64,000 nt of DNA from an uncultured Nitrospinota bacterium (GCA_963707985.1 CAVPRW010000028.1:1-64000); one strand, 5' to 3'. Counted from the stretch's first letter, positions 10,656 through 21,356 are shown. The notes: generated by a model not told the origin, from the sequence alone. Numbers and translations are program-made.

Positions 10656-11666
10656 ATGCATATTTCCATCATCGTCCCCGTGTATAACAATGCGCCTGAT
10701 CTATGCGTGTGCCTGTCCGCGCTCCTAGCCGCATCCTGTCCTGGCTCGGAGATTATCGTCGTCGATGATGCCTCCACGGATGACACGCCCCTCGTCGTCG
10801 CTCAGATGGGAGTCCACCTGCTCCGCCTGCCGCGAAACTCGGGGCCGGCCGCGGCACGCAACCACGGAGCACGCCAGGCGCGAGGCGACATCCTCTTCTT
10901 CGTCGACGCTGACGTCATCATCGGGCCGGAGGCGGTGCGTCATGTAGCACGGGTATTCGACGAATGCTCGGACATGGCCGCTGTCTTCGGCTCCTACGAC
11001 GCGTCTCCCCAGGCTGCAGGTGTGGTCTCACAATATCGCAACCTCCTCCATCATTTCGTGCACCAGCACGGTAATCCGGAGGCTTCGACGTTTTGGGCCG
11101 GATGTGGCGCGATTCGTCGCGCGGCCTTCGAGGCCGTGGGCGGCTTCGACGAGCAGCGCTTCCCACGGCCCTCGATTGAAGATATCGAGCTGGGATATCG
11201 GCTCCGCCAAGCCGGCTATCGCATTCTTTTGGATAAAGCGCTTCAAGGCACGCACTTGAAACGCTGGACCCTCCGTGCCGTCATCTGGACTGACGTCGTC
11301 TGCCGCGCTATCCCGTGGTCGCGCCTCCTGCTCGAGAGTCAGAACACCCCCGACGACTTGAATCTCACCCGAGGACAGCGACTGAGCGTGGCCCTGATCG
11401 GATTGGCTGGTGCACTCTTACCGCTGGCCGTGTGGCGGATCGAACTATTGAGCTTGCCGGCGGCCGCTCTCCTTGGTGTCATCGCCCTCAATCGAGGGCT
11501 GTACGCCTTCTTCGCCCGACAGCGGGGGTTCGGCTTCGCCGCCGTCTGCCTGCCGCTGCATCTGCTCTATTACTTCTATAGCGGCCTGAGCTACCTCTAT
11601 GTCTGGATCGAGGTGCACCTCAAGAATGGGGCTCTGCGTCCCGGTCTCCCGTTGTCGAGGAAATAG
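10656..11666 (+). CDS. GT2 family glycosyltransferase with C-terminal TM helices
   Basis: SIIVPVYN, VVDDASTD, AARNHG, FFVDAD, IEDIELGYRL. Confidence 0.93.
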   Translation: MHISIIVPVYNNAPDLCVCLSALLAASCPGSEIIVVDDASTDDTPLVVAQMGVHLLRLPRNSGPAAARNHGARQARGDILFFVDADVIIGPEAVRHVARVFDECSDMAAVFGSYDASPQAAGVVSQYRNLLHHFVHQHGNPEASTFWAGCGAIRRAAFEAVGGFDEQRFPRPSIEDIELGYRLRQAGYRILLDKALQGTHLKRWTLRAVIWTDVVCRAIPWSRLLLESQNTPDDLNLTRGQRLSVALIGLAGALLPLAVWRIELLSLPAAALLGVIALNRGLYAFFARQRGFGFAAVCLPLHLLYYFYSGLSYLYVWIEVHLKNGALRPGLPLSRK

Positions 11667-11752
11667 GGCTGCGGCGGTCGAGGCCGTACAGCCGTGGATT
11701 TTTGCCAGGGCCTCCGAGTGTCATCGGAGGAGCTGCCTCGGAGAGCTGTTCT

Positions 11753-13549
11753 ATGGAGCAAAAGCGCACAGTGAATCACCCAGCGGTGGTCATCGGCGGT
11801 GGCCCGGCGGGACTGACTGCGGCCCATGAACTGATCAAGCTCAACCGCCGCCCCTTCGTCATCGAGAAGCACGATAAAGTCGGTGGCCTGGCTCGGACCG
11901 AGGGTTACCAGGGCTTCCATTTCGATATGGGTGGCCACCGCTTCTTCACCAAAGCACCAGAAGTCAACCGCATGTGGCGCGAGGTGCTCGGCGCTGATTT
12001 GCTCCGTCGGCCACGCCTGTCGCGCATCTATTACGAGCGGACCTTTTTCTCCTATCCGCTCAAGCCGCTCAACGCACTCCACGGGCTCGGCCTCTGGCAA
12101 AGCCTGCTCATCGTCCTCAGCTATATCCGCTGGCAGGTGTTCCCGTACCAGCAGGAGGACACCTTCGAGCAGTGGGTGACGAATCGCTTCGGGAGGCGGC
12201 TGTTCCGCACCTTCTTCAAGGCATACACCGAGAAGGTCTGGGGTATTCCGTGTTCGGAGCTCAAAGCCGAATGGGCCGCGCAGCGCATCAAGGAACTGTC
12301 GTTGAAAACGGCCCTGCTGAGCATGTTCCTCAAACCTCAACAAACGATCAAGACCCTGATCGAGCAGTTCGACTACCCGCGCCTTGGACCCGGGATGCTG
12401 TGGACCGCCGTCAAAGACCACATTGAGACACGAGGCGGAATCGTCCGGCTCAACACCGACGTTACCAGAATCCACCGGAGGCGGAGCCGCATCGACAGCG
12501 TGACCGTCTCCTGCAACGGACATCAGGAGATCATCGCGGGGACGGACTTTATCTCCAGCATGCCGGTCAGCGAATTCATCCAGAAGCTTGACCCACCACC
12601 GCCACCCAAGGTCCTGGAGGCGGCAGCCACACTCCATTACCGTGACTTCCTCACCGTCTGCCTCATTGTGAACAGGCCACAGGTGTTTCCGGACAACTGG
12701 ATCTACATTCATGACCCAGCCGTCAACGTCGGCCGCATCCAAAACTTCAAGAACTGGAGTCCCGACATGGTCCCCGATCACACCAAGACCAGCCTCGGCC
12801 TGGAGTATTTCTGTACCCAGGGGGACACCCTATGGAACATGCCGGATGCCGACCTCATCGAGCTCGGCAAACGGGAGGTCGCGTGCATCGGCCTGGCACG
12901 CTCCGAAGACATCACGGACGGCTGCGTCTTTCGCGTCCCCAAGGCCTATCCGGTCTACGACTCCGGCTACCGCAATGCTCTGGCCATCGTCAGGCAATTC
13001 ATGGACGCCTTGAAGAACTGCCAGACGATCGGCCGCAACGGCCTGCATCGCTACAATAACCAGGACCATGCGATGCTCACGGGGATGCTGGCGGTGCGCA
13101 ACCTGGTGCTGGGAGAAAAGCACAACCTCTGGAACGTGAACACCGATCAAGCGTACCACGAGGAGGTGCGCGGCGGTGTCAGCCCCCAAGACGTCGTGGC
13201 GGTGGCCCAGCGGGCACTCCCAGGGGTCTTTCCCAAGCTCGATCGGCTGGCGTTCGGCCTGGCTGTGGCGATCGCCTCCGGCGCCGCTCTGACCTTGGCC
13301 ACCCTCTGGATGACGCTGCAGGGGGAAGGCGCCGGAGGCCCGAATTTGCAATTGCTCAGCCAATACTTCCCGGGGTATCGGGTCAGTGTCGGGGGAAGCC
13401 TCATCGGCCTCGTCTACGCCCTCAGCACCGGCTTCCTCATGGGTTGGGGCTTCGCCTTTCTCAGGAACGCCGCCCTGTTCCTGGGCATGGCCGTCGTCTA
13501 CCGTCGTGCCGAGCACCACCTCTTACGCAAACTCCTCGAGTATCTCTAG
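11753..13549 (+). CDS. FAD-dependent oxidoreductase (protoporphyrinogen oxidase / UDP-galactopyranose mutase-like) with C-terminal membrane domain
   Basis: IGGGPAGLTAA, GGLART, FDMGGHRFF, GRNGLHRYNNQDHAM; hydrophobic tail after about 13230. Confidence 0.85.
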   Translation: MEQKRTVNHPAVVIGGGPAGLTAAHELIKLNRRPFVIEKHDKVGGLARTEGYQGFHFDMGGHRFFTKAPEVNRMWREVLGADLLRRPRLSRIYYERTFFSYPLKPLNALHGLGLWQSLLIVLSYIRWQVFPYQQEDTFEQWVTNRFGRRLFRTFFKAYTEKVWGIPCSELKAEWAAQRIKELSLKTALLSMFLKPQQTIKTLIEQFDYPRLGPGMLWTAVKDHIETRGGIVRLNTDVTRIHRRRSRIDSVTVSCNGHQEIIAGTDFISSMPVSEFIQKLDPPPPPKVLEAAATLHYRDFLTVCLIVNRPQVFPDNWIYIHDPAVNVGRIQNFKNWSPDMVPDHTKTSLGLEYFCTQGDTLWNMPDADLIELGKREVACIGLARSEDITDGCVFRVPKAYPVYDSGYRNALAIVRQFMDALKNCQTIGRNGLHRYNNQDHAMLTGMLAVRNLVLGEKHNLWNVNTDQAYHEEVRGGVSPQDVVAVAQRALPGVFPKLDRLAFGLAVAIASGAALTLATLWMTLQGEGAGGPNLQLLSQYFPGYRVSVGGSLIGLVYALSTGFLMGWGFAFLRNAALFLGMAVVYRRAEHHLLRKLLEYL

Positions 13550-13561
13550 GGGCAATCCACC

Positions 13562-13936
13562 ATGGTCGAGCAGATACCTGTGCTTGAAGCAGTCGTGCTC
13601 ACCCGCCTGCTGCGCCTGAACGCCACGGTCCATGGCCTCGTCGCCGGGCTCGTCACCGGACTCGGGCTCTTTATCGCCACCAACTGGCTGATCCTCAAGG
13701 GAGGGGAGGTTGTGGGGCCGCATCTAGCGCTCCTCGGCCAGTTTTTCATCGGCTACCGCGTGACGTTCGTCGGCAGCCTGATCGGCTTCGCCTATGCCTT
13801 CGTCGGCGGATTTGTCGCCGCTTATGTCATCGCCAGGCTCTACAACTGGCTCGTCGACTTCAGAGAAAGCCCACGTCAGGCACAGCAGTCAGGGCCTTCC
13901 GATGCCATTGCGCACGGACCGAGAAGTTCTAGCTAA
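13562..13936 (+). CDS. Small membrane protein, paralogous to the C-terminal tail of the upstream oxidoreductase
   Basis: GPHLALLGQFFIGYRVTFVGSLIGFAYAF matches upstream GPNLQLLSQYFPGYRVSVGGSLIGLVYAL. Confidence 0.75.
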   Translation: MVEQIPVLEAVVLTRLLRLNATVHGLVAGLVTGLGLFIATNWLILKGGEVVGPHLALLGQFFIGYRVTFVGSLIGFAYAFVGGFVAAYVIARLYNWLVDFRESPRQAQQSGPSDAIAHGPRSSS

Positions 13937-14044
13937 GACCTTATACTAGGCGGCACTCGCGCGGCCTTGGTGAGCAGAAGCGGATGCTTCGATAGCGCCG
14001 TAGGCCACGAGTTTTTCCAATAAGACTCTGTGTGGAAGGGTGGT

Positions 14045-15124
14045 ATGTCATTATCGAGCGAAATACAGCTAAATTTTTATGGGGTTATGGTGTGCGTCCG
14101 TTGTGCTGATCGAGAAACCTGTCAGCGTGTTCAGAGCGACTTTGGATACTTTCAAAGCAATGATGAGCAGGCTCGGCAAGTAGCCCCTTACTTGGTCATT
14201 GACGCTGTTCGGCAACCACCAGATTACACCGTCCTGCCAGCCCTGCGCGCCTCGTTCTATTCTCCCCGCAATATTTGTTACCGTGATGGCGACACGACCT
14301 ACATCGATTATTTCGGGAACGCCCTGAGCGTCTATAATCGCGCCCAAGGGTATCTCATGGTCCATAGCGAACAGATACATCTTCTGCACGAAATCATTTT
14401 CCTCTCTATGCTGTCGCGTGTTGGCGAACGCTTGGAAGAACTCCACCTGCACCGTGTGCATGCCTGGGCCATTGCCGCAAAAGGCGAGGCGGCGTTATTC
14501 ATGATGCCCTCGGGATGTGGGAAGACCACGTTAGCCCTGGAATTCCTGCGACGCAAACTGCCCTATCGTCTGATCTCAGAGGATAGCCCACTCATTGATG
14601 CACACGGACGTGTCCTCCCCTTTCCTTTGCGGATTGGGGTGTTGCAGCCACCGCCGCCAGAGATTGCGCCGGAACACGTCACCCACCTTGAGCGTATGGA
14701 GTTCGAAGCCAAGTATTTGATCGCCCTTGAAGCCTTCGGCGATGCCCTGGCACAGCAGCCCACGACACCACGCTTGGTCTGCATTGGGCATCGCACGCTT
14801 GGTACCGCCTGCGCCATTCGACAGGTCGGCTTCACCGAGGGGCTCAAGGCCTTTCTCCGGCACATGGTCATTGGGGTTGGTCTGTACCAAGGGGTTGAGT
14901 TTCTTGTGCAATCCTCACTCCTCGACCTCGCCCGGAAAACTGGGCTCTTCTGGTCGCGGCTCCGCAGTGCCTATGCGGTGCTGCGGCAGGCCGATGTTTT
15001 TGTTGTTGAGCTTGGACGCAATCCCCCCGGCAACGCAGAGACCGTTCTGACCTTCCTGCGCACCCAGCAGTTCTGGGGGGAGGAGCCCGCCCCACAGATG
15101 ACGCATTCCCTGAAGAGGATATAA
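14045..15124 (+). CDS. HprK-related P-loop kinase-like protein
   Basis: VHAWAIAAKGEAALFMMPSGCGKTTLAL and LISED: the H-A...GKTT...(S)DD pattern of HprK-like kinases. Confidence 0.65.
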   Translation: MSLSSEIQLNFYGVMVCVRCADRETCQRVQSDFGYFQSNDEQARQVAPYLVIDAVRQPPDYTVLPALRASFYSPRNICYRDGDTTYIDYFGNALSVYNRAQGYLMVHSEQIHLLHEIIFLSMLSRVGERLEELHLHRVHAWAIAAKGEAALFMMPSGCGKTTLALEFLRRKLPYRLISEDSPLIDAHGRVLPFPLRIGVLQPPPPEIAPEHVTHLERMEFEAKYLIALEAFGDALAQQPTTPRLVCIGHRTLGTACAIRQVGFTEGLKAFLRHMVIGVGLYQGVEFLVQSSLLDLARKTGLFWSRLRSAYAVLRQADVFVVELGRNPPGNAETVLTFLRTQQFWGEEPAPQMTHSLKRI

Positions 15125-15126
15125 GC

Positions 15127-17136
15127 ATGAAGTGGCTTCAGCATGTGATTGTCAGGCTCGATTTTGGGGTGTGCAGACGGATGTTTACAGCGATCTATGC
15201 CATGGGCCTGGAGCGGGCCGTGGCAGCCATTGCCAAGTATCCGGAGGTCCACTCCATTTATGGCTGTGGGTCGTTTTTCGAGGGCCGACACCTCTGTGGC
15301 CATTCGGATGTTGACCTCTGCATTGTGCTTCAAGCCTCGGTGGCGCGGGGTGATGGGATCCAGTATCGCCTGGGGCAGTCTTACAACAGGATACGACGGT
15401 GCTTTCCGTTTCTGGGCGCCTGGGCCGAAAAGGAAGCCAATCTCATCTTTCTGGATGAGGTCGAAGCAGGCTTTCCGCTGCTTGCTTCGTTCAGTATCAG
15501 AAAGAAACGCGGTCGCTTGCACCACCTCTATGGCGCCCCCTTCCCTCAGGCTATTGACGATAAACCCCTCACCATCAGCGAGATCCTGAGTGAGATAGAT
15601 ACACTGGTTCGTCTCGCGGTGCTGCAGCGGACACCGCAGGGGAAGAGGCTGTTGTTCTGGAAGCGCATGTTCTCAAAGCTGCACGAGCTAACAGAGGAGC
15701 TTGGTCTATTGGACGTGGCGAAAACACTGCGTGCCGAACCGGCCTTAGGGTTCTTGTCCGAGGCGGATCGGCGCCTGTTTGTGGGCACGTGTGCACCGGC
15801 GCCTCTCTGCCAAATTTTTCTAACGCACGTGCAGCACGTGCAGCAGACGCTTCTGGCCCGCGAGGTCTTGATCGCTCTTGCCCAGCCTCAGAGGGGCGTC
15901 GTCACCTCAGAGGGAGAGGAGACGTCCCCGACCCATAGTAGACAGGAACGTCATACTCCACCAGTACACATGCAGGCATTGATATTTGCCGCTGGGGCCA
16001 ATGTGCATGCGGTGCACGGCTTACCGTCCTTTCCCATCGGCTTCCTGCCCCGTCTGTTCTATTTCTCGCTCGATAGTGTGATGCCGATTGTCGAGCTGCG
16101 TGGTGATGTGTATGACGGGCTCCGCCGGATTTGGCGCGCCATCGCACGCCACGGGGAAACAGGAGATGCCTTGGTGGTACGTACCGACGTGTTCACCTGC
16201 CTCTTCTCCAGGCAAGAGCACTATATCGAAATGGTACCGCTGAATCCGATTCTGCACGCGAATTTTCTGGCCTATATCGCAGGGCAACAGGTTTTCCGGA
16301 TGCCGCGCGCGGTATACCAGGAACAACAGGCTGAAGCCGCCCAGCTCTATCAGGCCTTGCAGAAAATGTACGCCAAACACACCAACTGGCTGCCGAAAAC
16401 CGCCTACCACTGCCTCTACCGCGAAGACGATCTGGAGACCATCAGCCACGCTTTGCAGATGATTCGGGCTTACTTGACCAACGGCACTGACCAGAGGTGT
16501 CCGCAAAGCACCGAGGCACTGGTGGCCTATCTGCAGCGCCGGCATCCGACATGCCAGGCGTTTCTGCAGGCATTGCTCGACTATTATCGCTTTCTCACCG
16601 AGAGTGCTCCCTCAAGACCTACAGCTAATAACCTGTACGTGTGTCTGCATCAGTTTATGGCGCAGTTTCTAGGGGGGTGTACGGAGATCACGCTGGACGA
16701 CCATCATCAACACCTGGGCATCACGGTAGGCATCATCACGCGCAATCGCGCCGCTGACCTGCCGGAGGCACTTGAGTCACTCTGTCGGCAAACCCGCCCG
16801 CCTGAAGAGGTGCTGGTGGTGGATAATGGTTCCACAGATGACACCAGGGGTGTCATAGAGCGTTTTTGTCATAGCCTCCCCCTGCGTTATCTCTACCTCG
16901 CGGAAGCCAGTATTCCAAACGCCCGGAATCTGGTGCTCGAACATGCCACCCACGAGATCATTGCCTTTACCGATGACGATGCGGCTTGTGATGTGGACTG
17001 GTTGCTTGCCATCGAACGCGGCTTCCTCCGCGCCAAGAATATTGGCATTGTCGGGGGCTGGGTAGAACACTGGCCGGTGCCATATACATCGACCATTGAT
17101 ACGTACTATGAGACCTTTCACAACCACAAACCATGA
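15127..17136 (+). CDS. Fusion of nucleotidyltransferase-like N-terminal domain and the N-terminal half of a GT2 domain
   Basis: YGCGSFF...HSDVDL (GS...DxD) at the N-terminus; VGIITRNR, VVDNGSTD, NARN, AFTDDD at the C-terminus. Confidence 0.7.
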   Translation: MKWLQHVIVRLDFGVCRRMFTAIYAMGLERAVAAIAKYPEVHSIYGCGSFFEGRHLCGHSDVDLCIVLQASVARGDGIQYRLGQSYNRIRRCFPFLGAWAEKEANLIFLDEVEAGFPLLASFSIRKKRGRLHHLYGAPFPQAIDDKPLTISEILSEIDTLVRLAVLQRTPQGKRLLFWKRMFSKLHELTEELGLLDVAKTLRAEPALGFLSEADRRLFVGTCAPAPLCQIFLTHVQHVQQTLLAREVLIALAQPQRGVVTSEGEETSPTHSRQERHTPPVHMQALIFAAGANVHAVHGLPSFPIGFLPRLFYFSLDSVMPIVELRGDVYDGLRRIWRAIARHGETGDALVVRTDVFTCLFSRQEHYIEMVPLNPILHANFLAYIAGQQVFRMPRAVYQEQQAEAAQLYQALQKMYAKHTNWLPKTAYHCLYREDDLETISHALQMIRAYLTNGTDQRCPQSTEALVAYLQRRHPTCQAFLQALLDYYRFLTESAPSRPTANNLYVCLHQFMAQFLGGCTEITLDDHHQHLGITVGIITRNRAADLPEALESLCRQTRPPEEVLVVDNGSTDDTRGVIERFCHSLPLRYLYLAEASIPNARNLVLEHATHEIIAFTDDDAACDVDWLLAIERGFLRAKNIGIVGGWVEHWPVPYTSTIDTYYETFHNHKP

Positions 17137-17163
17137 GACCGCATCAGGCAAAGAGGGAGGCCT

Positions 17164-17868
17164 ATGATTATCGAATTGCCGGTGCTCCCGGATCAACGAG
17201 ACGGAGCCAAGCGCTACAAGATGGGGTTTTTCCATTTTTCCAACAATAATCTTGCCATCCGCAAAGCGTGTGCCCAGGAGCTCGGGGGCTATGACCCCCA
17301 TCTCCCCGCCTCCGAGGACGTCGACCTGTGTTTTCGACTGGCCCTGAGTGCACGCTGGGTGGCATGCCGCGAACCAGGTGCGATTATTCGCCACAAGGCA
17401 CGCAAAACTCTGCGCGCCACGCTGCGCCAGATGTGGAACTGGGGGATTAACCTTGCTCGTCCCTACCGGCGGACCGGGGTAACGGGCATCTATCTATACT
17501 GGGTCAGCCCGCAACGTAAAACCATTACGCGTGATCTCGAAATCGCCACTTTCCCCATACTCATCAGCATCTTTGTCACACCCTTTCATCTGTTGCACGC
17601 CCTGGCTGCACTCTCGGTTGTGCTCGCCGTATACGGCGCCACGATCCCAGCACTGCTCTGTGCCATGCTGACGCTCGCATCAGCGCGCCTATACCTGCGG
17701 GATATTCTCCAGCTCGGCTTCCGCCGCTGGCCAACCCTTAAGCTTGCGGTGGTGCACTATGTCACCAATGTCACGTTCATGACTGCAGCGTTTCTCGGTG
17801 GTCTGAGAGCAGGAGTTGTCTTGTTACCCTCATCGATTTTTCCGCCAACGGGCAAGGCAGAACGTTGA
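17164..17868 (+). CDS. GT2 C-terminal half plus TM helices (split GT2)
   Basis: Own GAGGGAGG RBS; NNLAIRK...GGYD...SEDVDLCFRL...IIRH...QMWNWG. Confidence 0.7.
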   Translation: MIIELPVLPDQRDGAKRYKMGFFHFSNNNLAIRKACAQELGGYDPHLPASEDVDLCFRLALSARWVACREPGAIIRHKARKTLRATLRQMWNWGINLARPYRRTGVTGIYLYWVSPQRKTITRDLEIATFPILISIFVTPFHLLHALAALSVVLAVYGATIPALLCAMLTLASARLYLRDILQLGFRRWPTLKLAVVHYVTNVTFMTAAFLGGLRAGVVLLPSSIFPPTGKAER

Positions 17869-17892
17869 GACCCCGAACGAGGGTATAGACAG

Positions 17893-18660
17893 GTGCAACG
17901 CTATAATTTTCTGTATCTGTTATACGAAGCAACACGGTGTGCGTTTCTCGCGCAGGAAAAGAACTCACTGCTGGGCACGCTCTGGCATCTCCTTAACCCG
18001 CTAGCTACGAGCTTCGTGCTGTACCTGGTCTTCTCCAACGTGCGGCAATTTGCCGCCATGCCGTACTTTGGATTGTACATACTTGTGGGCGTCATTCACT
18101 TCAACTTCTTCGCCCAGACCACAACGCATGCGGCACAAGGGATGCTTTATAGTCGCAACCTGATTTTGAACTCCACGGTTCCCTTAGAGATCCTCGTCCT
18201 GCGCTCCGTGTCACTCGATGGACTCACCTATCTCACCGAATTGCTAATTGTTGTAGTGCTGATTGCGTGCGTTGGCCAGGGTCTCACATGGGGAGTCTGG
18301 GGATATAGCGTGACCCTGATTGGCATCATCATGTTAACCCTCGGAGTGTCGCTGTTACTGGCCTGTGCCGTCGTCTTTCTCACTGATCTCATCTATTTAT
18401 GGAGTGTGATCATACGTTTACTCTTCTTTCTTACCCCAATCTTCTATGCTCCGGACATGCTCGACCATCCACAGATGACGCAGATAGTGGCGCTCAATCC
18501 TTTGTCCCTGCTGGTGATGCTGGGCCGTAAATCCCTGCTAGACATGCAGATGGTTGGTCCTGGAGACATCATCACCGTGCTCGGCGGTCCGGTGGTGATT
18601 TTACTTATCGGTTGGTACACTTTTCAACGTGTCAAAGGATACATTCCAGATTATATCTAA
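17893..18660 (+). CDS. wzm: ABC-2 polysaccharide exporter permease
   Basis: SLLGTLWHLLNPL, LFFLTPIFY, LNPLS; multiple TM segments. Confidence 0.88.
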   Translation: MQRYNFLYLLYEATRCAFLAQEKNSLLGTLWHLLNPLATSFVLYLVFSNVRQFAAMPYFGLYILVGVIHFNFFAQTTTHAAQGMLYSRNLILNSTVPLEILVLRSVSLDGLTYLTELLIVVVLIACVGQGLTWGVWGYSVTLIGIIMLTLGVSLLLACAVVFLTDLIYLWSVIIRLLFFLTPIFYAPDMLDHPQMTQIVALNPLSLLVMLGRKSLLDMQMVGPGDIITVLGGPVVILLIGWYTFQRVKGYIPDYI

Positions 18661-19433
18661 TGCATGCCGTCGTACTACACAATGTCTCTAAGATGTTTGT
18701 CTCAACGCAAAAAGCGCGACGCCCACTTTACAGGGAACTCTGGCAGCATGCAGGGTGGGGAGGCGCACCGTACACGAAAGCGTTAGATGGTGTGACGCTG
18801 GCTTTGCCACTGGGAGCCACGATTGGCCTGGTGGGAGCCAATGGGGCTGGGAAAACCACGTTGCTGCGGGTCATCGCGGGTATTTATCGCCCCTCGTCCG
18901 GCACGCGCCAGATCGCAGGGCGAGTCACCTGCTCCTTCGGTGCCGAACCGATGGTTGCCCCAACGCTGTCGGTATTGGATAACCTCTATCTCCTCAGTGC
19001 GATTGCTGGTTTCAGTCGGGCCGAGACGACCGCAAGCGTTGCGGCCATACTCGACACGGCAGACCTGCAGGATTATCGCCTGTCACGGTTTGAACATCTG
19101 TCGTTCGGCATGCAACAGCGTCTCTGTTTTGCCGTCATGCTGCAGAGCATGATCCTTACGAAAGCCCAGATCTATGTGTTCGACGAATTCCTCTCAGGCG
19201 TCGATCGCCAGCATCGAGCGCGTGGTGAACAACTCCTGGCGACGATCCCACGCCAGCATTACACGGTGCTTTACGCCACCCATGATCTCGACAGTCTGCG
19301 GCGTCTCTGCGAGCAGACAATCTACCTGCACCAGGGTCAGGTGCAGATGTTTGGCAAAACCCAGATGGTACTCGATGCCTATTGTACCGACCTCCAGAGA
19401 CTGGGCTCTGGTCACATAGACGCGCGGTTGTGA
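18660..19433 (+). CDS. wzt: ABC polysaccharide exporter ATP-binding subunit
   Basis: TAATG coupling to wzm; GANGAGKTT, LSFGMQQRL, VFDE, ATHD. Confidence 0.88.
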   Translation: MHAVVLHNVSKMFVSTQKARRPLYRELWQHAGWGGAPYTKALDGVTLALPLGATIGLVGANGAGKTTLLRVIAGIYRPSSGTRQIAGRVTCSFGAEPMVAPTLSVLDNLYLLSAIAGFSRAETTASVAAILDTADLQDYRLSRFEHLSFGMQQRLCFAVMLQSMILTKAQIYVFDEFLSGVDRQHRARGEQLLATIPRQHYTVLYATHDLDSLRRLCEQTIYLHQGQVQMFGKTQMVLDAYCTDLQRLGSGHIDARL

Positions 19434-20182
19434 TGTTCTCCAGGAAACAGATCGAGGGACCAATGTTGCCCGATGTGCTCAACGAGATTTTTTCAACAGG
19501 CACAACCCATACGGCCAACGGAGCAGCAATACCGCTACGCGCGGCGGTGACGTTCGAGGAGGCAGGTCTCCTCTACGAGCTTGTCCGTACGATCCAACCC
19601 GTCAGCTCCCTAGAAATCGGCTTGGGCCAAGGGATATCCACTCTCGCCATCCTGGGAGCGCTCAAAGACAATGGGTTTGGGCATCATCACATCATTGACC
19701 CGTACGAAGCAACGTTCGACGATGCGGGATTGGCAGCGATCGAGCGGGCCGCTCTTACACCGTATATGACATTTTATCCCACCCACTCCGAGTATGTGAT
19801 TCCTCGCCTATCGGAAATCGACCTCGCCTTTATTGATGCCTCCCATCTCTTTGACCTGACTCTGGCGGACTTTGTACTCATCGACAAAAAGCTGCGACCT
19901 GGCGGTATCATCGGCTTCCACGATCTCTGGTTACCGTCGTACTGCCAAATTCTCGACTATGTCTTGAGTAACCGCGCCTATACACCATACAACTGGACAC
20001 CTCCGCAATTGACCGGGTGGCGTCAATGGCTGTCAAGATTCGTCGCATCGTACTCGGGGCTCAGCCGTATTGTCAATGAGCGGCTCTTCACTGTTCCACC
20101 GAGTGCCGGCGCACCAAATCTCGCGCTGATCCAGAAACTCCGACAAGATACGCGGAACTGGGATTTTCATGTACGCTTTTGA
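19433..20182 (+). CDS. Class I SAM-dependent methyltransferase (Methyltransf_24-like)
   Basis: LEIGLGQGISTL, IIDPY, AFIDASHLFD, LRPGGIIGFHD; TGATG coupling. Confidence 0.85.
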   Translation: MFSRKQIEGPMLPDVLNEIFSTGTTHTANGAAIPLRAAVTFEEAGLLYELVRTIQPVSSLEIGLGQGISTLAILGALKDNGFGHHHIIDPYEATFDDAGLAAIERAALTPYMTFYPTHSEYVIPRLSEIDLAFIDASHLFDLTLADFVLIDKKLRPGGIIGFHDLWLPSYCQILDYVLSNRAYTPYNWTPPQLTGWRQWLSRFVASYSGLSRIVNERLFTVPPSAGAPNLALIQKLRQDTRNWDFHVRF

Positions 20183-20221
20183 CCACACCGGTGCCACATT
20201 GGCAGTGAGATGGAGCCACAA

Positions 20222-21230
20222 ATGCACGCGATCGATCGACTCAGCAAGACGTTGAAGATTTACGCGAAGTACGGATTTTTTGGCGACGGCCAGATCGGAC
20301 TCGATGCTACTTCAGCCTGCCAACTGCGCTGCCCAGTTTGCGTTGATGTCTGGCAACTCAAGAAAAAAGTGGGAATTGGCATGCTTTAGTTTGCAGACTT
20401 TAAGAGCTTTGTTGATCGTTATTGGAGAGTTCGATGTGATCGAACTCTCCAATAACGGTGAAATCTTTATGAATCCGGAAATTGATAAAATTATCCAGTA
20501 GGCACATGAAAAGGGAATATGGCTTACAGCTTTAAACGGTGTGAATTTTAATAATGTTAAAGATGAAACACTGAAAAATCTTGTCAAATATTCGTTTGGA
20601 GCGATGAAGGTGTCGATTGATGGAGCGACGCAGTCGACGTATCAGAAGTATCGCGTCGGGGGCCGTCTCGAAAATATGCTTAATAACATACGGAAGCTCA
20701 ACGAATATAAAAGGATGTTCAATTCCGAACACTCCCACCTCATTTGGAAATTTATCTTGTTTGCTCACAATGAGCACGAGGTATCCCTGGCGCAAGAAAT
20801 GGGTGGAGAGCTTGGAATGGGATTTCAGCTTACAGAGAATGCCGACCCCGAATACGTCTCTTCAGGTCACACTCCAAGCTATGAAACGCATTACGAGCCT
20901 CTGCCTCAACTACCGGCGTACGGTACTCATTTTTGCTTACAGATGTTTACAGCACCAATGATCAGCTGGGATGGCCGGCTCTTCGGTTGCTGTATCAACT
21001 CGACCGAAAATGACTATGGAAATGTTTTCAAATCAGGACTCAAAGCGTGTATCAGCAGTAAAAGATACCAGTATGCTCTGAAGATGCTACGAGGGGAAAA
21101 ACAATCTCGTGCTGATATTCCTTGTACTGGATGCTTCATTTATAGGGTGATGCGAGAAAGCGGTAAATATATCGCTCAATTAAATGTTCTCACTTTAATG
21201 AAGAAGGCTATCAAACCTGTACTCATTTGA
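20222..21230 (+). pseudogene. Radical SAM/SPASM protein, disrupted
   Basis: CQLRCPVC (CxxxCxxC) at about 20318-20341; TAG stops at 20387 and 20499 plus a frameshift near 20430; SIDGA and SPASM cysteines (FC...GCC...CTGC) in ORF 20541..21230. Confidence 0.8.
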
Positions 21231-21356
21231 TTGAAATAAATGTCGATTAAAGAACTACTTGAACCATGAGAATTCAAGGGTGAATATGCTATTTGAATAC
21301 TTATGACTTGACATAGTTCAATGGCCGATCTTATAGGCGAAGGGCAGGCACAGCAT

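Noticed and set aside
14045..17136. Lasso peptide or other RiPP cluster suggested by the HprK-like kinase and nucleotidyltransferase
   Set aside because: No PqqD/RRE, B2 protease, lasso cyclase or precursor peptide seen; the context is glycan export.
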